DNA from: Chitinophagaceae bacterium | Lineage (GTDB): Bacteria; Bacteroidota; Bacteroidia; Chitinophagales; Chitinophagaceae | Reading direction: 5' to 3' | DNA: 64,000 nucleotides | Assembly (NCBI GenBank): GCA_947456805.1 | Contig: CANGTN010000005.1 | Coordinates: forward strand, 1,594-65,593 | Shown: one piece after another, positions 11,824 to 21,393 of the stretch | Layout of the letters: each line of letters begins with the position of its first letter | How positions within the stretch are numbered: position 1 is the first letter of the stretch | Program-made: the position numbers and the translations under genes | The notes under the pieces: model-generated | What the model was told of the DNA's origin: nothing | The model's input: the letters and a program-made list of their open reading frames with translations, nothing else | Database searches by the model: none

Positions 11824-11852
11824 CCCCACCATTTATGGTGGGGTTTTGTTTT
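11824..11852 (+). terminator. Rho-independent terminator closing the Sus-like operon
   Basis: CCCCACCA-ttta-TGGTGGGG (8-bp GC-rich stem) followed by TTTTGTTTT, 36 nt after the stop at 11788. Confidence 0.8.
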
Positions 11853-11943
11853 ATATGCTAATTGTTTTTAAGTTACTTTTACATTCTTTAATCTACGGAT
11901 ATTAGTAAAATTACTTTTACCGCTCACTACTTAGTAATCAATT

Positions 11944-12819
11944 ATGTTGTACTCAATGACAGGCTATGGCCGTGCAGAACAAACTATTGGCGATAAAACA
12001 TTTTTAATTGAATTAAAATCGCTAAATGGTAAGCAGTTTGATCTTCGTTTAACACTTCCGTCTTTATTAAAACCATATGAATTTGAGGTAAGAAATATGT
12101 TGAATGAAGAGCTTGAACGCGGAAGCGTAGAATGTATTATTACCATCAAGTCCAATGGGGCATCAAGACCAGTAACTATTAATACAGATTTGTTGAAAGC
12201 ATACTATACAAGCGTTACAGCCGTTGCAAAAGAATTAAATGCTGATGTTGATCAATTGTTAGCTGCAATTTTAAGACTGCCGGAAGTTGTGGTAAACTCT
12301 ACAGAAATGATTCAGGAAAATGATTGGAATCTTTTTAAAGGGGTTTTGCAAATTGCAATTGCTAATTTAAATGTACATCGTCAAGATGAAGGCAAATCCT
12401 TAGAAAATGATTTGCTTCAAAAGCTTGTCAATATTGAATTACACCAAGAAAAAATTAAAATACTAGAACCATTAAGAAGAGAAAAAATTAAAGAAGGACT
12501 ACTGAAAGTATTGAATGAAAATGTAGGGAAGGAAAATTATGATGCCAACAGATTAGAGCAAGAATTGATTTATTACATTGAAAAAATTGATATTGGTGAA
12601 GAGCAGGTGCGTTTAAAAAATCACTGCGAATATTTCAGAAGTATTTTAGCAGAACAAGCAAAAGGAAAAGGCAAAAAATTATCTTTTATTTTACAAGAGT
12701 TCGGCAGAGAAATCAATACTACAGGTAGCAAAGCCAATAATGCAGATATTCAAAAGCATGTAGTACAAATGAAGGATGATTTGGAAAAAATGAAAGAGCA
12801 AATTTTAAATGTTTTATAA
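11944..12819 (+). CDS. YicC-family stress-induced protein (endoribonuclease YicC/YloC family)
   Basis: 291 aa. N-terminal SMTGYGRAE and C-terminal FGREINTTGSKANNADIQKHVVQMKDDLEKMKEQILNV are the characteristic YicC N- and C-terminal motifs. Confidence 0.85.
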   Translation: MLYSMTGYGRAEQTIGDKTFLIELKSLNGKQFDLRLTLPSLLKPYEFEVRNMLNEELERGSVECIITIKSNGASRPVTINTDLLKAYYTSVTAVAKELNADVDQLLAAILRLPEVVVNSTEMIQENDWNLFKGVLQIAIANLNVHRQDEGKSLENDLLQKLVNIELHQEKIKILEPLRREKIKEGLLKVLNENVGKENYDANRLEQELIYYIEKIDIGEEQVRLKNHCEYFRSILAEQAKGKGKKLSFILQEFGREINTTGSKANNADIQKHVVQMKDDLEKMKEQILNVL

Positions 12820-12880
12820 AACGATATTTTTAGTAAGACAATACATTTATCGTTAATTTATCTTTGTAAAAAATTATACT

Positions 12881-13339
12881 TTGAAAGCAATTTGTTTTTT
12901 ATTATCACTAACATTCATGTTAAATGCATGTACTACAATTGATGTGTTTGAGCAAAGCAAACCTTTCCCAAATCATCAATGGAAATCTTCTGAAATGCCC
13001 TCATTTACTTTTGAAATAAAAGATACTGTTGCATATTATAATTTATTGGTTGTGCTTAGGCACGAAGATGCTTATCGGTATAAAAATATTTGGCTAAATG
13101 TTCAGATGAAATCTCCAGACTCTACTCTTCAAATTAAAAGAGAATTTATACTTTCCAACAACACTCAATGGTTGGGTGCCACAATGTCCGATATTGTAGA
13201 ACACAGAATTGCATTTAATAAAACACCTGCCCGTCTTGTTAAAGGAAAATATACATTCACACTACAACAAGCAATGCGTGAAGATCCGCTTGATTATATT
13301 TTAAATGCCGGCATTCGTATAGAAAAAGTGAAGCCATGA
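12881..13339 (+). CDS. gldH: Gliding-motility / T9SS-associated lipoprotein GldH
   Basis: 152 aa, TTG start. Lipobox MLNAC. Family pattern VFE...W...F.F.I.D...YNL..VLRH...Y.Y.N.WL... and GKYTFTLQQAMREDPLDYILNAGIRIEK matches GldH as I recall it. Confidence 0.75.
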   Translation: MKAICFLLSLTFMLNACTTIDVFEQSKPFPNHQWKSSEMPSFTFEIKDTVAYYNLLVVLRHEDAYRYKNIWLNVQMKSPDSTLQIKREFILSNNTQWLGATMSDIVEHRIAFNKTPARLVKGKYTFTLQQAMREDPLDYILNAGIRIEKVKP

Positions 13340-14316
13340 GTTTCATCAAAAAAAAATTTACACTCGTAACAATTGTATATTGGGTATTGCTATTGTACAT
13401 GGTAAGTGCTTTGCTATGGTGGTTTATTGCATTAAACAATCAAAACTATGCAATGGCATCTATGCGGATAGCTGATATCAATAAGGATGATCCTGCATAT
13501 CTCCAAAAACTGGCAATCATTGAATCCGCCAAACAACGAAAAACGACACAGTATATTGGTGAAGGCACAACATTTTTTGTACTCATCGTTATAGGTGCAG
13601 TATTCGTGTATCGGGCTGCCTTAAAACAAATTAAACTGTCTGTACAACAACAAAATTTTATGATGGCAATTACACATGAGTTAAAAACGCCTATTGCCAT
13701 TACACAACTTAATTTGGAAACACTCCAGAAAAGAAAATTAGAAGAAATACAACAAAATAAATTAATTCAAAATACCATTCAGGAAGCCAACAGGCTTAAT
13801 GCATTATGCAATAATATTTTATTGGCAGCCCAAATTGACGGGGGAAGTCTACAAGCCAATCATCAGGAAATTAATTTTTCAGAACTACTGCAAACTAGTG
13901 TCCAGGATTTTACAATACGCTATCCACAAAGAAAATTTGGTTTAAAAATTCAAAACAAAATTTTTATGTTGGGTGAAGAATTGTTGTTGCAAATGCTGGT
14001 AAATAATTTTATAGATAACGCTTTGAAATATTCTCCTAAAGATGCAGATATTAATATTGCTTTAACTGAAGCCAATCATCAAATTCAGTTTTCCGTAGCA
14101 GACAGTGGTATTGGTATTCCTGATGCTGAAAAGAAAAAAGTATTTGATAAGTTTTACAGAACCGGTGATGAAAACACTCGTATGACAAAAGGAACCGGTC
14201 TTGGGTTGTACCTTTGTAAAAAAATTGTTGAAACCCACAAAGGATACATTTCTGTGACAGATAATTTGCCACAAGGAACTATTTTTACAGCCTCATTTAT
14301 TGCAATGCATGGTTAA
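13336..14316 (+). CDS. Two-component sensor histidine kinase (two TM helices, short outer loop, HisKA + HATPase_c)
   Basis: 326 aa. H-box ITHELKTPIA, N-box DNALKYSP, G-boxes DSGIGIP and GTGLGLYLCKK. The ATG overlaps the gldH stop (ATGA at 13336-13339). Confidence 0.9.
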   Translation: MSFIKKKFTLVTIVYWVLLLYMVSALLWWFIALNNQNYAMASMRIADINKDDPAYLQKLAIIESAKQRKTTQYIGEGTTFFVLIVIGAVFVYRAALKQIKLSVQQQNFMMAITHELKTPIAITQLNLETLQKRKLEEIQQNKLIQNTIQEANRLNALCNNILLAAQIDGGSLQANHQEINFSELLQTSVQDFTIRYPQRKFGLKIQNKIFMLGEELLLQMLVNNFIDNALKYSPKDADINIALTEANHQIQFSVADSGIGIPDAEKKKVFDKFYRTGDENTRMTKGTGLGLYLCKKIVETHKGYISVTDNLPQGTIFTASFIAMHG

Positions 14317-15010
14317 TAAAACAACGATATTACTGGTAGAAGACGAAGAGAATTTGCATGAAGCACTCAAGCTGAATCTTGAAATGGAAGGCTATGAAGT
14401 CACAAGTGCGTATGATGGCAAACAAGCGATTGAATCAGTGAATAAAGAGTTTTTTAATTTAATTATTTTGGATGTGATGTTACCTGAAGTAGATGGAATT
14501 ACGGTAGCAGAAAATATTCGGGTGCATAATAATGAAGTACCTATTTTAATGTTGAGTGCAAAAAATACAAGTGCCGATAGGATACTTGGGTTAAAAAAAG
14601 GGGCAGATGACTACCTTACTAAGCCATTTAATTTAGAAGAATTGTTACTAAGGGTTCAAAAATTAATTGACAAAAGCAATCGATTACAACAAAAACAAAC
14701 TATTGGCAACTTGTATAGTTTTGGCAACAATACCATCGACTTTAATGCACAAGATGCAATTACTTATAATGGTGAAAAGATTGCTTTAAGTAAAAAAGAA
14801 GCATTGCTGCTGAAGTTGTTGATTGAAAACAAAAATGAAGTAGTAACCAGAGAAAAGATTTTACAAATTGTTTGGGGTTACAATGTATATCCCACTACCA
14901 GAACCATTGATAATTTTATTTTGAGTTTTAGGAAATATTTTGAAGAAGACAGCCGCAATCCTCAATACTTTCATAGTATCAGGGGATTAGGATATAAATA
15001 CACCGATTAA
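14309..15010 (+). CDS. OmpR/PhoB-family response regulator (receiver + winged-helix DNA-binding domain)
   Basis: ILLVEDEENL..., LIILDVMLPEVDG, LSAK, KKGADDYLTKPF, and a C-terminal trans_reg_C domain (...RGLGYKY). The track start 14300 is TTG; the ATG at 14309 overlaps the kinase stop codon (14314-14316). Confidence 0.9.
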   Translation: MVNKTTILLVEDEENLHEALKLNLEMEGYEVTSAYDGKQAIESVNKEFFNLIILDVMLPEVDGITVAENIRVHNNEVPILMLSAKNTSADRILGLKKGADDYLTKPFNLEELLLRVQKLIDKSNRLQQKQTIGNLYSFGNNTIDFNAQDAITYNGEKIALSKKEALLLKLLIENKNEVVTREKILQIVWGYNVYPTTRTIDNFILSFRKYFEEDSRNPQYFHSIRGLGYKYTD

Positions 15011-15067
15011 TTTATTCTTCAAGGCGCACTTACTTACTAAAATATTCATCTCCCTTATCTTCGCCGT

Positions 15068-16099
15068 ATGGAAAGTTTAATCTTGAAAATACAAAACTAC
15101 AAGCAGGAAATTGATGCAACAATTGTATCAGATGCAAATGCAGTAGAAGAGTTCAGAATAAAGTGGTTGGGCACCAAAGGCATTTTAAAAAGCATCATGG
15201 GTGAAATGAAAAATGTAGCTGCTGAACAAAAAAAAGAAGCAGGACAAATGCTGAATGATTTTAAACTTTTTGTTGAAGAAAAGTTTGAAAGTTATCAATC
15301 GATTAAATCAGATTCAACTCAGGAAAATATTAATCAAATAGATTGGAGTTTGCCCGGAAGCCCCATCCCTGTTGGTTCTCGTCATCCTTTGAGTGTAGTT
15401 AGAAATAAAATTGTTTCGATATTTCAACGATTGGGATTTGCTATTGCAGAAGGTCCGGAGATTGAAGATGACTGGCACAATTTTGGTGCAATGAACTTAC
15501 CTGAAGATCATCCTGCACGTGATATGCAAGATACTTTTTACATCAGTCAAAATCCAAGCTGGTTGTTGCGTACACATACAAGTAGCGTTCAGGCACGTGT
15601 AATGGAAAATCAAAAACCGCCAATAAGGGTTATTTGTCCGGGACGTGTTTACAGAAATGAAACAATCAGCGCAAGAGCACATTGCTTTTTTCATCAGGTT
15701 GAAGGATTGTATATTGATGAAAATGTAAGTTTTGCAGATTTAAAACAAACATTGTACTTTTTTGTACAAGAAATGTTTGGAAAAGATGTTAAAGTGCGTT
15801 TTCGTCCAAGTTATTTCCCGTTTACAGAACCAAGTGCCGAAATGGATATCAGCTGTTTAATTTGTGAAAGCAAAGGATGCAATGTTTGTAAACATACAGG
15901 TTGGGTAGAAATTTTAGGAAGCGGAATGGTGCATCCTAAAGTATTGGAAAACTTTGGTATTGATAGTAATAAGTACACCGGATTTGCTTTTGGTATGGGT
16001 GTAGAAAGAATTTGTCAGTTGAAATATCAAGTTAATGATTTAAGACTTTACTCACAAAATGATGTGCGATTTTTAAAACAGTTTACGGGACTTGTGTAG
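15068..16099 (+). CDS. pheS: Phenylalanine--tRNA ligase alpha subunit
   Basis: 343 aa. Class II aaRS motifs: HPARDMQDTFY, RTHTSSVQ, GRVYRNE, FHQVEG, FPFTEPSAE, GFAFGMGVERI. Confidence 0.95.
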   Translation: MESLILKIQNYKQEIDATIVSDANAVEEFRIKWLGTKGILKSIMGEMKNVAAEQKKEAGQMLNDFKLFVEEKFESYQSIKSDSTQENINQIDWSLPGSPIPVGSRHPLSVVRNKIVSIFQRLGFAIAEGPEIEDDWHNFGAMNLPEDHPARDMQDTFYISQNPSWLLRTHTSSVQARVMENQKPPIRVICPGRVYRNETISARAHCFFHQVEGLYIDENVSFADLKQTLYFFVQEMFGKDVKVRFRPSYFPFTEPSAEMDISCLICESKGCNVCKHTGWVEILGSGMVHPKVLENFGIDSNKYTGFAFGMGVERICQLKYQVNDLRLYSQNDVRFLKQFTGLV

Positions 16100-16266
16100 T
16101 TATAAAGTAACAGATGATAGATTGTAAAGTATAAGAAGATTATAAAAACCATTTCTTGCATCTTCAACTTATATTTTTTAAATAATATAATTTATCAATA
16201 TCTTTTAAATTGAAACTCCTTTGTAATTAATATTAACAACCCGCTTCTCGCATCAAAATTATTGCT

Positions 16267-17856
16267 GTGAAAAAAAATCAGTTACTAGTTCTCTCTTTAT
16301 TAAGTGGCATTTTATTATGGGCTTCCTGGCCAGCTTCATCCTTTACTTTTTTGATTTTTTTTGCATGGGTTCCTTTGTTGATGGTGGCTGATAATGTAAC
16401 CAAAAGAATTTCTTTTTTTCTGTATTCATTTATTGCTTTATTAATTTGGAACACCTTAACTACCTGGTGGATTTGGAATAGTACAGATGTAGGTACAATT
16501 GCAGCAATTTTAACCAATAGTTTACTCATGTGTATTCCTTGTTGGGGATATCATGTTTTCAAAAAAAGATTTAGTAAACCAATAGGTTACATATCTTTTA
16601 TAGCAAGTTGGATGTTGTTTGAATACGTGCATCTCAACTGGCAAATCAGTTGGCCATGGCTTACACTTGGAAATGTATTTGCACAACAAACACAGTGGGT
16701 TCAATGGTATGAATATACAGGTGTGGGTGGAGGAACTTTATGGATATTGGTTGTAAATATTTTTATTTTCGACAGTATTAAAAAATATAGTTCTCAAGGG
16801 CTAAAAGCTTCTATTGGCAATATTTTTAGCGTTATATCCTTATTGGGGCTTCCTTTAATTTTTTCTTTGCTTATTACTAGAAAAGCTGCTGAAAACAAAA
16901 TACAACATGATGTTGTAATTGTTCAACCAAATATTGACCCATATCAAAAATTTGAAAGTAGTTCTGTTGGTAGTCAAATTGATCATTTGATTGAACTTTC
17001 CAAATCAAAATTAGACAGTAATACAAGTATACTAATATGGCCCGAAACTGCATTAGCGGCCAATGTTGAAATTACTGAAATTACAACAGCTCCAATTTAT
17101 CAGTCGGTATTTAATTTACTGCGTCAATACCCCAATCTTACTTTACTTACAGGTATTGAAACTTACAAAGTTTTAGGTACAGAAAAAACAACACTCTCTG
17201 CACGTCAATCTCAGCAAGGGTTTTACTATGAAAGCTACAATGCGGCGATTGCTTTACATAATAAAGAGTTACCCCAACTTTATATTAAAAGCAAACTTGT
17301 TCCTGGGGTGGAAACATTGCCATCTTTCTTAAATATTTTAGCACCGGTATTTGAACAATTTGGAGGTACAACAGGCGGTTATGCCAAAGACACTGCTTCG
17401 CATGTTTTTAAAAATAACATCAACCCATTTGTATCTGCACCTATTATTTGTTATGAAAGTATATATGGTGCTTACGTTGCAAGCTATGTACAAAAAGGAG
17501 CAAATTTAATTACCATTATTACCAATGATGGATGGTGGGGCAATACGCCGGGTCATAGACAGCACCTGCAATACGCAAAGTTGCGAGCTATTGAAACCAG
17601 AAGATTTGTTGCACGTAGTGCCAATACCGGTATCAGCGCTGTGATTGATGATTATGGAAATATTTTAGAAAGCAAAGGATGGAACATCAGCTCAGCAATC
17701 AATCATGCAATACCCATTACAAACGGGCTAACTTTTTATGTACGCCATGGAGATTATCTGTTTATATTTTTCTCGTTACTTGCTATATTATTTATCTTCT
17801 GGAATTTTGTTTTGTGGTGGAAAGAGATGAAAAGTAAGAAAACCAAACGCCAATAA
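16267..17856 (+). CDS. lnt: Apolipoprotein N-acyltransferase
   Basis: 529 aa, GTG start. Polytopic N-terminal half, then a CN-hydrolase domain with WPETA, KSKLVPGVE and ICYESIY (Glu-Lys-Cys triad). Confidence 0.85.
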   Translation: MKKNQLLVLSLLSGILLWASWPASSFTFLIFFAWVPLLMVADNVTKRISFFLYSFIALLIWNTLTTWWIWNSTDVGTIAAILTNSLLMCIPCWGYHVFKKRFSKPIGYISFIASWMLFEYVHLNWQISWPWLTLGNVFAQQTQWVQWYEYTGVGGGTLWILVVNIFIFDSIKKYSSQGLKASIGNIFSVISLLGLPLIFSLLITRKAAENKIQHDVVIVQPNIDPYQKFESSSVGSQIDHLIELSKSKLDSNTSILIWPETALAANVEITEITTAPIYQSVFNLLRQYPNLTLLTGIETYKVLGTEKTTLSARQSQQGFYYESYNAAIALHNKELPQLYIKSKLVPGVETLPSFLNILAPVFEQFGGTTGGYAKDTASHVFKNNINPFVSAPIICYESIYGAYVASYVQKGANLITIITNDGWWGNTPGHRQHLQYAKLRAIETRRFVARSANTGISAVIDDYGNILESKGWNISSAINHAIPITNGLTFYVRHGDYLFIFFSLLAILFIFWNFVLWWKEMKSKKTKRQ

Positions 17857-17863
17857 AATACTC

Positions 17864-18655
17864 ATGTATCAAGCATTTCAATACAAGGGTAAAAATATTT
17901 CATACCGAATGATAGGTAAAGGAAATGCTGTTGTATTGCTGCATGGTTTTGGAGAAGACAGTACTGTTTTTAATTATCAGATTGATTTTTTAAAAGATGA
18001 TTGTTTATTAATTGTACCTGATTTACCAGGATCGGGTTTGTCAGAGTTGAATGAACAACTTGATTCTATTGACGCATTTGCAAATTGCATTCATGCTTTA
18101 TTACAACATCATAATATTGACCAATGTATTATGTTTGGACATAGTATGGGAGGTTATATAACATTGTCATATGCATCACTATTCCCATCTTTTTTAAATA
18201 AGTTCGGGTTAATACATTCTACTGCATATGCAGATTCTGAAGAAAAAAAAATTAATAGGCAAAGAGGGATTCATTTGATGAATCAATATGGAAGTTATGT
18301 ATTTCTTAAAAATACCATTCCCAATTTATTTGCAGAAAAATATAAAAAAAAACATCCTGATAAAATAGAGGCACTGATTGAATTAGGTCATCAATTTTCA
18401 AAAGAAGCGTTGATACAATATTACAATATCATGATGTTGAGACAAGATAAAACTACAGTTTTGAAGAGCAGCAAAGTTCCGGTTTTATTTATTATGGGAA
18501 CAGATGATATTGCGGTTCCTATAGGTGATATATTACAACAAACAATATTGCCCGATATTTCGTATATTCATATACTTAATGGGGCTGGACATATGGGTAT
18601 GTGGGAAGCCACAGATCAATTAAACAGGTGTCTTCTTGATTTTGTTATCAACTAA
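17864..18655 (+). CDS. Alpha/beta-fold hydrolase
   Basis: 263 aa. HGFGED oxyanion region, nucleophile elbow GHSMGG, C-terminal GAGHM. Confidence 0.8.
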   Translation: MYQAFQYKGKNISYRMIGKGNAVVLLHGFGEDSTVFNYQIDFLKDDCLLIVPDLPGSGLSELNEQLDSIDAFANCIHALLQHHNIDQCIMFGHSMGGYITLSYASLFPSFLNKFGLIHSTAYADSEEKKINRQRGIHLMNQYGSYVFLKNTIPNLFAEKYKKKHPDKIEALIELGHQFSKEALIQYYNIMMLRQDKTTVLKSSKVPVLFIMGTDDIAVPIGDILQQTILPDISYIHILNGAGHMGMWEATDQLNRCLLDFVIN

Positions 18656-18664
18656 TTATTTTGT

Positions 18665-21277
18665 ATGAAGAAGTTCATCTTCATCATATTATTTTATCTT
18701 TTTTCAAGTCCAATAAATGCAAGGCATGTAGCCGGTGGTGAGCTTTTTTACGAGTGGCTTGGTGTAGGGTCAGCAGCAAATACTTACACTTATAAAGTCA
18801 CACTGAGGTTATTTAGAGATTGCAATTCTACAGGCCCATTATTACAAAATGAACAAGTTTCTGTAGGGGTTTATGAAAATAATAACCTCGCTTATACACT
18901 ATCGTTGCCACTAACCGGAATTGTAAATACAATACAACTTAACACAGCTGCATTTCCTTGTTTGCTAGGCAGTGTAAATGTTTGTTATCAGGTAGCTTTG
19001 TATACAGCAACTATTGATTTACCAATCAATGTTTCAGGTTATACATTAGCAAGAACTGGTTGTTGCAGAATAAATAATATTACCAATACCACAGGTGGCA
19101 GTAATATTGGAAGTACTTATACCACAAAAATTCCCGGAACAAATACTTTACCCGTAGGACATAATAGTAGTCCTGAGTTTTACGTAAAGGATACAGCTTT
19201 AGTGTGTGCAGGAAAAAATTTCAAGTTGGATTTTGGAGCTACTGATGTTGATAATGATATACTTACATACTCTTTTTGTGATGCATACAATGCTAATAGC
19301 GGCAGCAACAATTCTCCACCTGCAGCAATACTTTCTTTAACACCTGTTCCTTATGTTACACCGTTTAGTGGTACTGATCCTTTGGCCGGAGTTTCTATTA
19401 ATGGATCAACTGGAATTATTTCTGGAGTTGCTCCAGGTGTTGGGCAATATATAGTAAGTGTATGTATTACAGAATGGAGAAATGGAGTAGGGTTTACAGA
19501 ACATCGAAAAGATTTTATTTTAAAAGTACAAAGCTGTGATTTTATTGAAGCAGATTTACCAGATAAAATTATTCAATGCGATAGCCTATTGGTTAATTTT
19601 CAAAATAATTCAAGTTCATCAGCAATTCAATCGTATTTATGGAATTTTGGTGAACCTTCGTCTCCAAACAATATTTCTACTCAACCAACCCCTTCACATA
19701 ACTATTCAGATACTGGAAGGTACAAAGCTGTTCTAATGGTTACAGGACCCAATGGATGTGAAGGTATTGATAGTACAATAGTTATTGTATTTCCAGGATT
19801 TACGCCAAACTTTATTACAAATGGAAGTTGTTTTCAAACACCATTTTTATTTAATGATGCTACCATTGCAGCTTATGGTGTAGTAAATAAATGGAGTTGG
19901 AACTTTGGGGATTTGAATATAAACACAGACACTTCTTCATTAAAAAATCCATCCTATTCTTATTCTGCACCTGGGTCTGCTAACGTAGCTTTATTTGTTT
20001 CGAGCAGCAAAGGCTGCGAAAAAACAATTTCACAGATAGTTAATATTCGAGATAAGCCCTCCATTCAATTGCCTTTTAAAGACACTTTAATTTGTAGTAT
20101 TGATACCTTGCGTTTGTCAGCAATTGGCAATGGTATTTTTTCATGGTTACCTAATTACAATATTTTAAACGCAACTACTGCAACGCCTTTTGTTTTTCCT
20201 AAAAAATCGACTACTTATTATATCAATTTAAATGAGCAAGGTTGTTTTGGAACAGATTCAATCCGAGTAAATACTTTGGATAGTGTTACAGTATTATTAG
20301 GTAAAGATTCTGTGATTTGTAAAACAGATACTTTCAGATTAAATCCCGTAAGTAATGCATTACAATATAATTGGAGTGCATCTTCCGGTGAAGTGATATC
20401 TCCAATAAAATTCCCTTTGGTGAAACCTCTGGAGAATACATTTTATTATGTAAATGCGTCTTTGGGAAAATGTTTTGACAGAGATACAATTTTGATAAAA
20501 TCTGTACCTTATCCAAAGATTGAAGCTGGTGATGCTTCATTTGTTTGTTTTGGAAATAAAATACAATTACAAGGTAATGTTGTAGGTTCTTCTTTTTCTT
20601 GGAGTCCTACAAATTCATTAATTAATGCCAATACACTTTTCCCTACTGCCGGGCCTAGTATAACAACTTATTATTTTCTTACTGCATCAGATACTTTGGG
20701 ATGTCCAAAGCCAGTGAAAGATAGTGTTTTAATTACTGTAATTCCACCTGTAATAGTATTTGCAGGAAGAGATACTGCTATTGTAAAAAACCAACCTTTA
20801 CAATTAATGGCAAAGGCCAATTTTGATAACGGTATCAGTTATTTATGGTTACCATCTACCGGCTTGAGTAATACAACTATAGCCAATCCAATTGCTGTTT
20901 TAAATATTAATGCAGATAGTATCAAATACAGAGTGCGTGCAACAATTCCGGAAGGTTGCTTTGGTGAAGATGAAATTATGGTAAAGGTATTCAGAACCGA
21001 ACCTGATATTTTTGTACCCACTGCTTTTACACCAAATAAAGACGGAAAAAATGACATACTAAAACCAATTTGTGTTGGGATCAATCAATTAGATTATTTT
21101 AGAATATATAATCGTTGGGGACAATTATTATTTGAAACCAATGATGCTGAAAAGGGCTGGGATGGAACAATAAGTGGTGCTGAACAATCTTCTGGAACAT
21201 TTGTTTTTATGGCGAAGGGAACAGATTACACAGGAAAAATTATTATTAAAAACGGAACAGTAGTTTTAATTAGATAA
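18665..21277 (+). CDS. T9SS type B cargo: large secreted adhesin-like protein (paralog 1)
   Basis: 870 aa. Signal peptide. N-terminal HVAGGELFYEW...LRLFRDC domain, cadherin-like DVDNDILTYSF segment, PKD-like modules (WNFGEPSS, WSWNFGD), four ~75-aa Cys-containing repeats, and a C-terminal gliding-motility-associated sorting domain. Confidence 0.85.
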   Translation: MKKFIFIILFYLFSSPINARHVAGGELFYEWLGVGSAANTYTYKVTLRLFRDCNSTGPLLQNEQVSVGVYENNNLAYTLSLPLTGIVNTIQLNTAAFPCLLGSVNVCYQVALYTATIDLPINVSGYTLARTGCCRINNITNTTGGSNIGSTYTTKIPGTNTLPVGHNSSPEFYVKDTALVCAGKNFKLDFGATDVDNDILTYSFCDAYNANSGSNNSPPAAILSLTPVPYVTPFSGTDPLAGVSINGSTGIISGVAPGVGQYIVSVCITEWRNGVGFTEHRKDFILKVQSCDFIEADLPDKIIQCDSLLVNFQNNSSSSAIQSYLWNFGEPSSPNNISTQPTPSHNYSDTGRYKAVLMVTGPNGCEGIDSTIVIVFPGFTPNFITNGSCFQTPFLFNDATIAAYGVVNKWSWNFGDLNINTDTSSLKNPSYSYSAPGSANVALFVSSSKGCEKTISQIVNIRDKPSIQLPFKDTLICSIDTLRLSAIGNGIFSWLPNYNILNATTATPFVFPKKSTTYYINLNEQGCFGTDSIRVNTLDSVTVLLGKDSVICKTDTFRLNPVSNALQYNWSASSGEVISPIKFPLVKPLENTFYYVNASLGKCFDRDTILIKSVPYPKIEAGDASFVCFGNKIQLQGNVVGSSFSWSPTNSLINANTLFPTAGPSITTYYFLTASDTLGCPKPVKDSVLITVIPPVIVFAGRDTAIVKNQPLQLMAKANFDNGISYLWLPSTGLSNTTIANPIAVLNINADSIKYRVRATIPEGCFGEDEIMVKVFRTEPDIFVPTAFTPNKDGKNDILKPICVGINQLDYFRIYNRWGQLLFETNDAEKGWDGTISGAEQSSGTFVFMAKGTDYTGKIIIKNGTVVLIR
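20993..21274 (+). other. T9SS type B C-terminal sorting domain (TIGR04131-like) of paralog 1
   Basis: RTEPDIFVPTAFTPNKDGKNDILKPICVGINQLDYFRIYNRWGQLLFE...GTVVLIR. Confidence 0.85.
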
Positions 21278-21393
21278 TTGTAAAACTAAATTATTGTAAA
21301 TAATATTTCATGATTCATTTTAGTTAAAATTAATATGCATTTGAAAGTTAGATTTACAACTTTTGTATATTTACGAGACTGTAATCAGTATTA

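Noticed and set aside
13348-13356. A9 tract at codons 5-7 of the histidine kinase as a possible phase-variation switch.
   Set aside because: It encodes a plausible KKK juxtamembrane segment. The length is borderline for slippage, and there is no evidence of a frameshifted copy. Poly-A runs of 8-9 nt are frequent in this AT-rich sequence.
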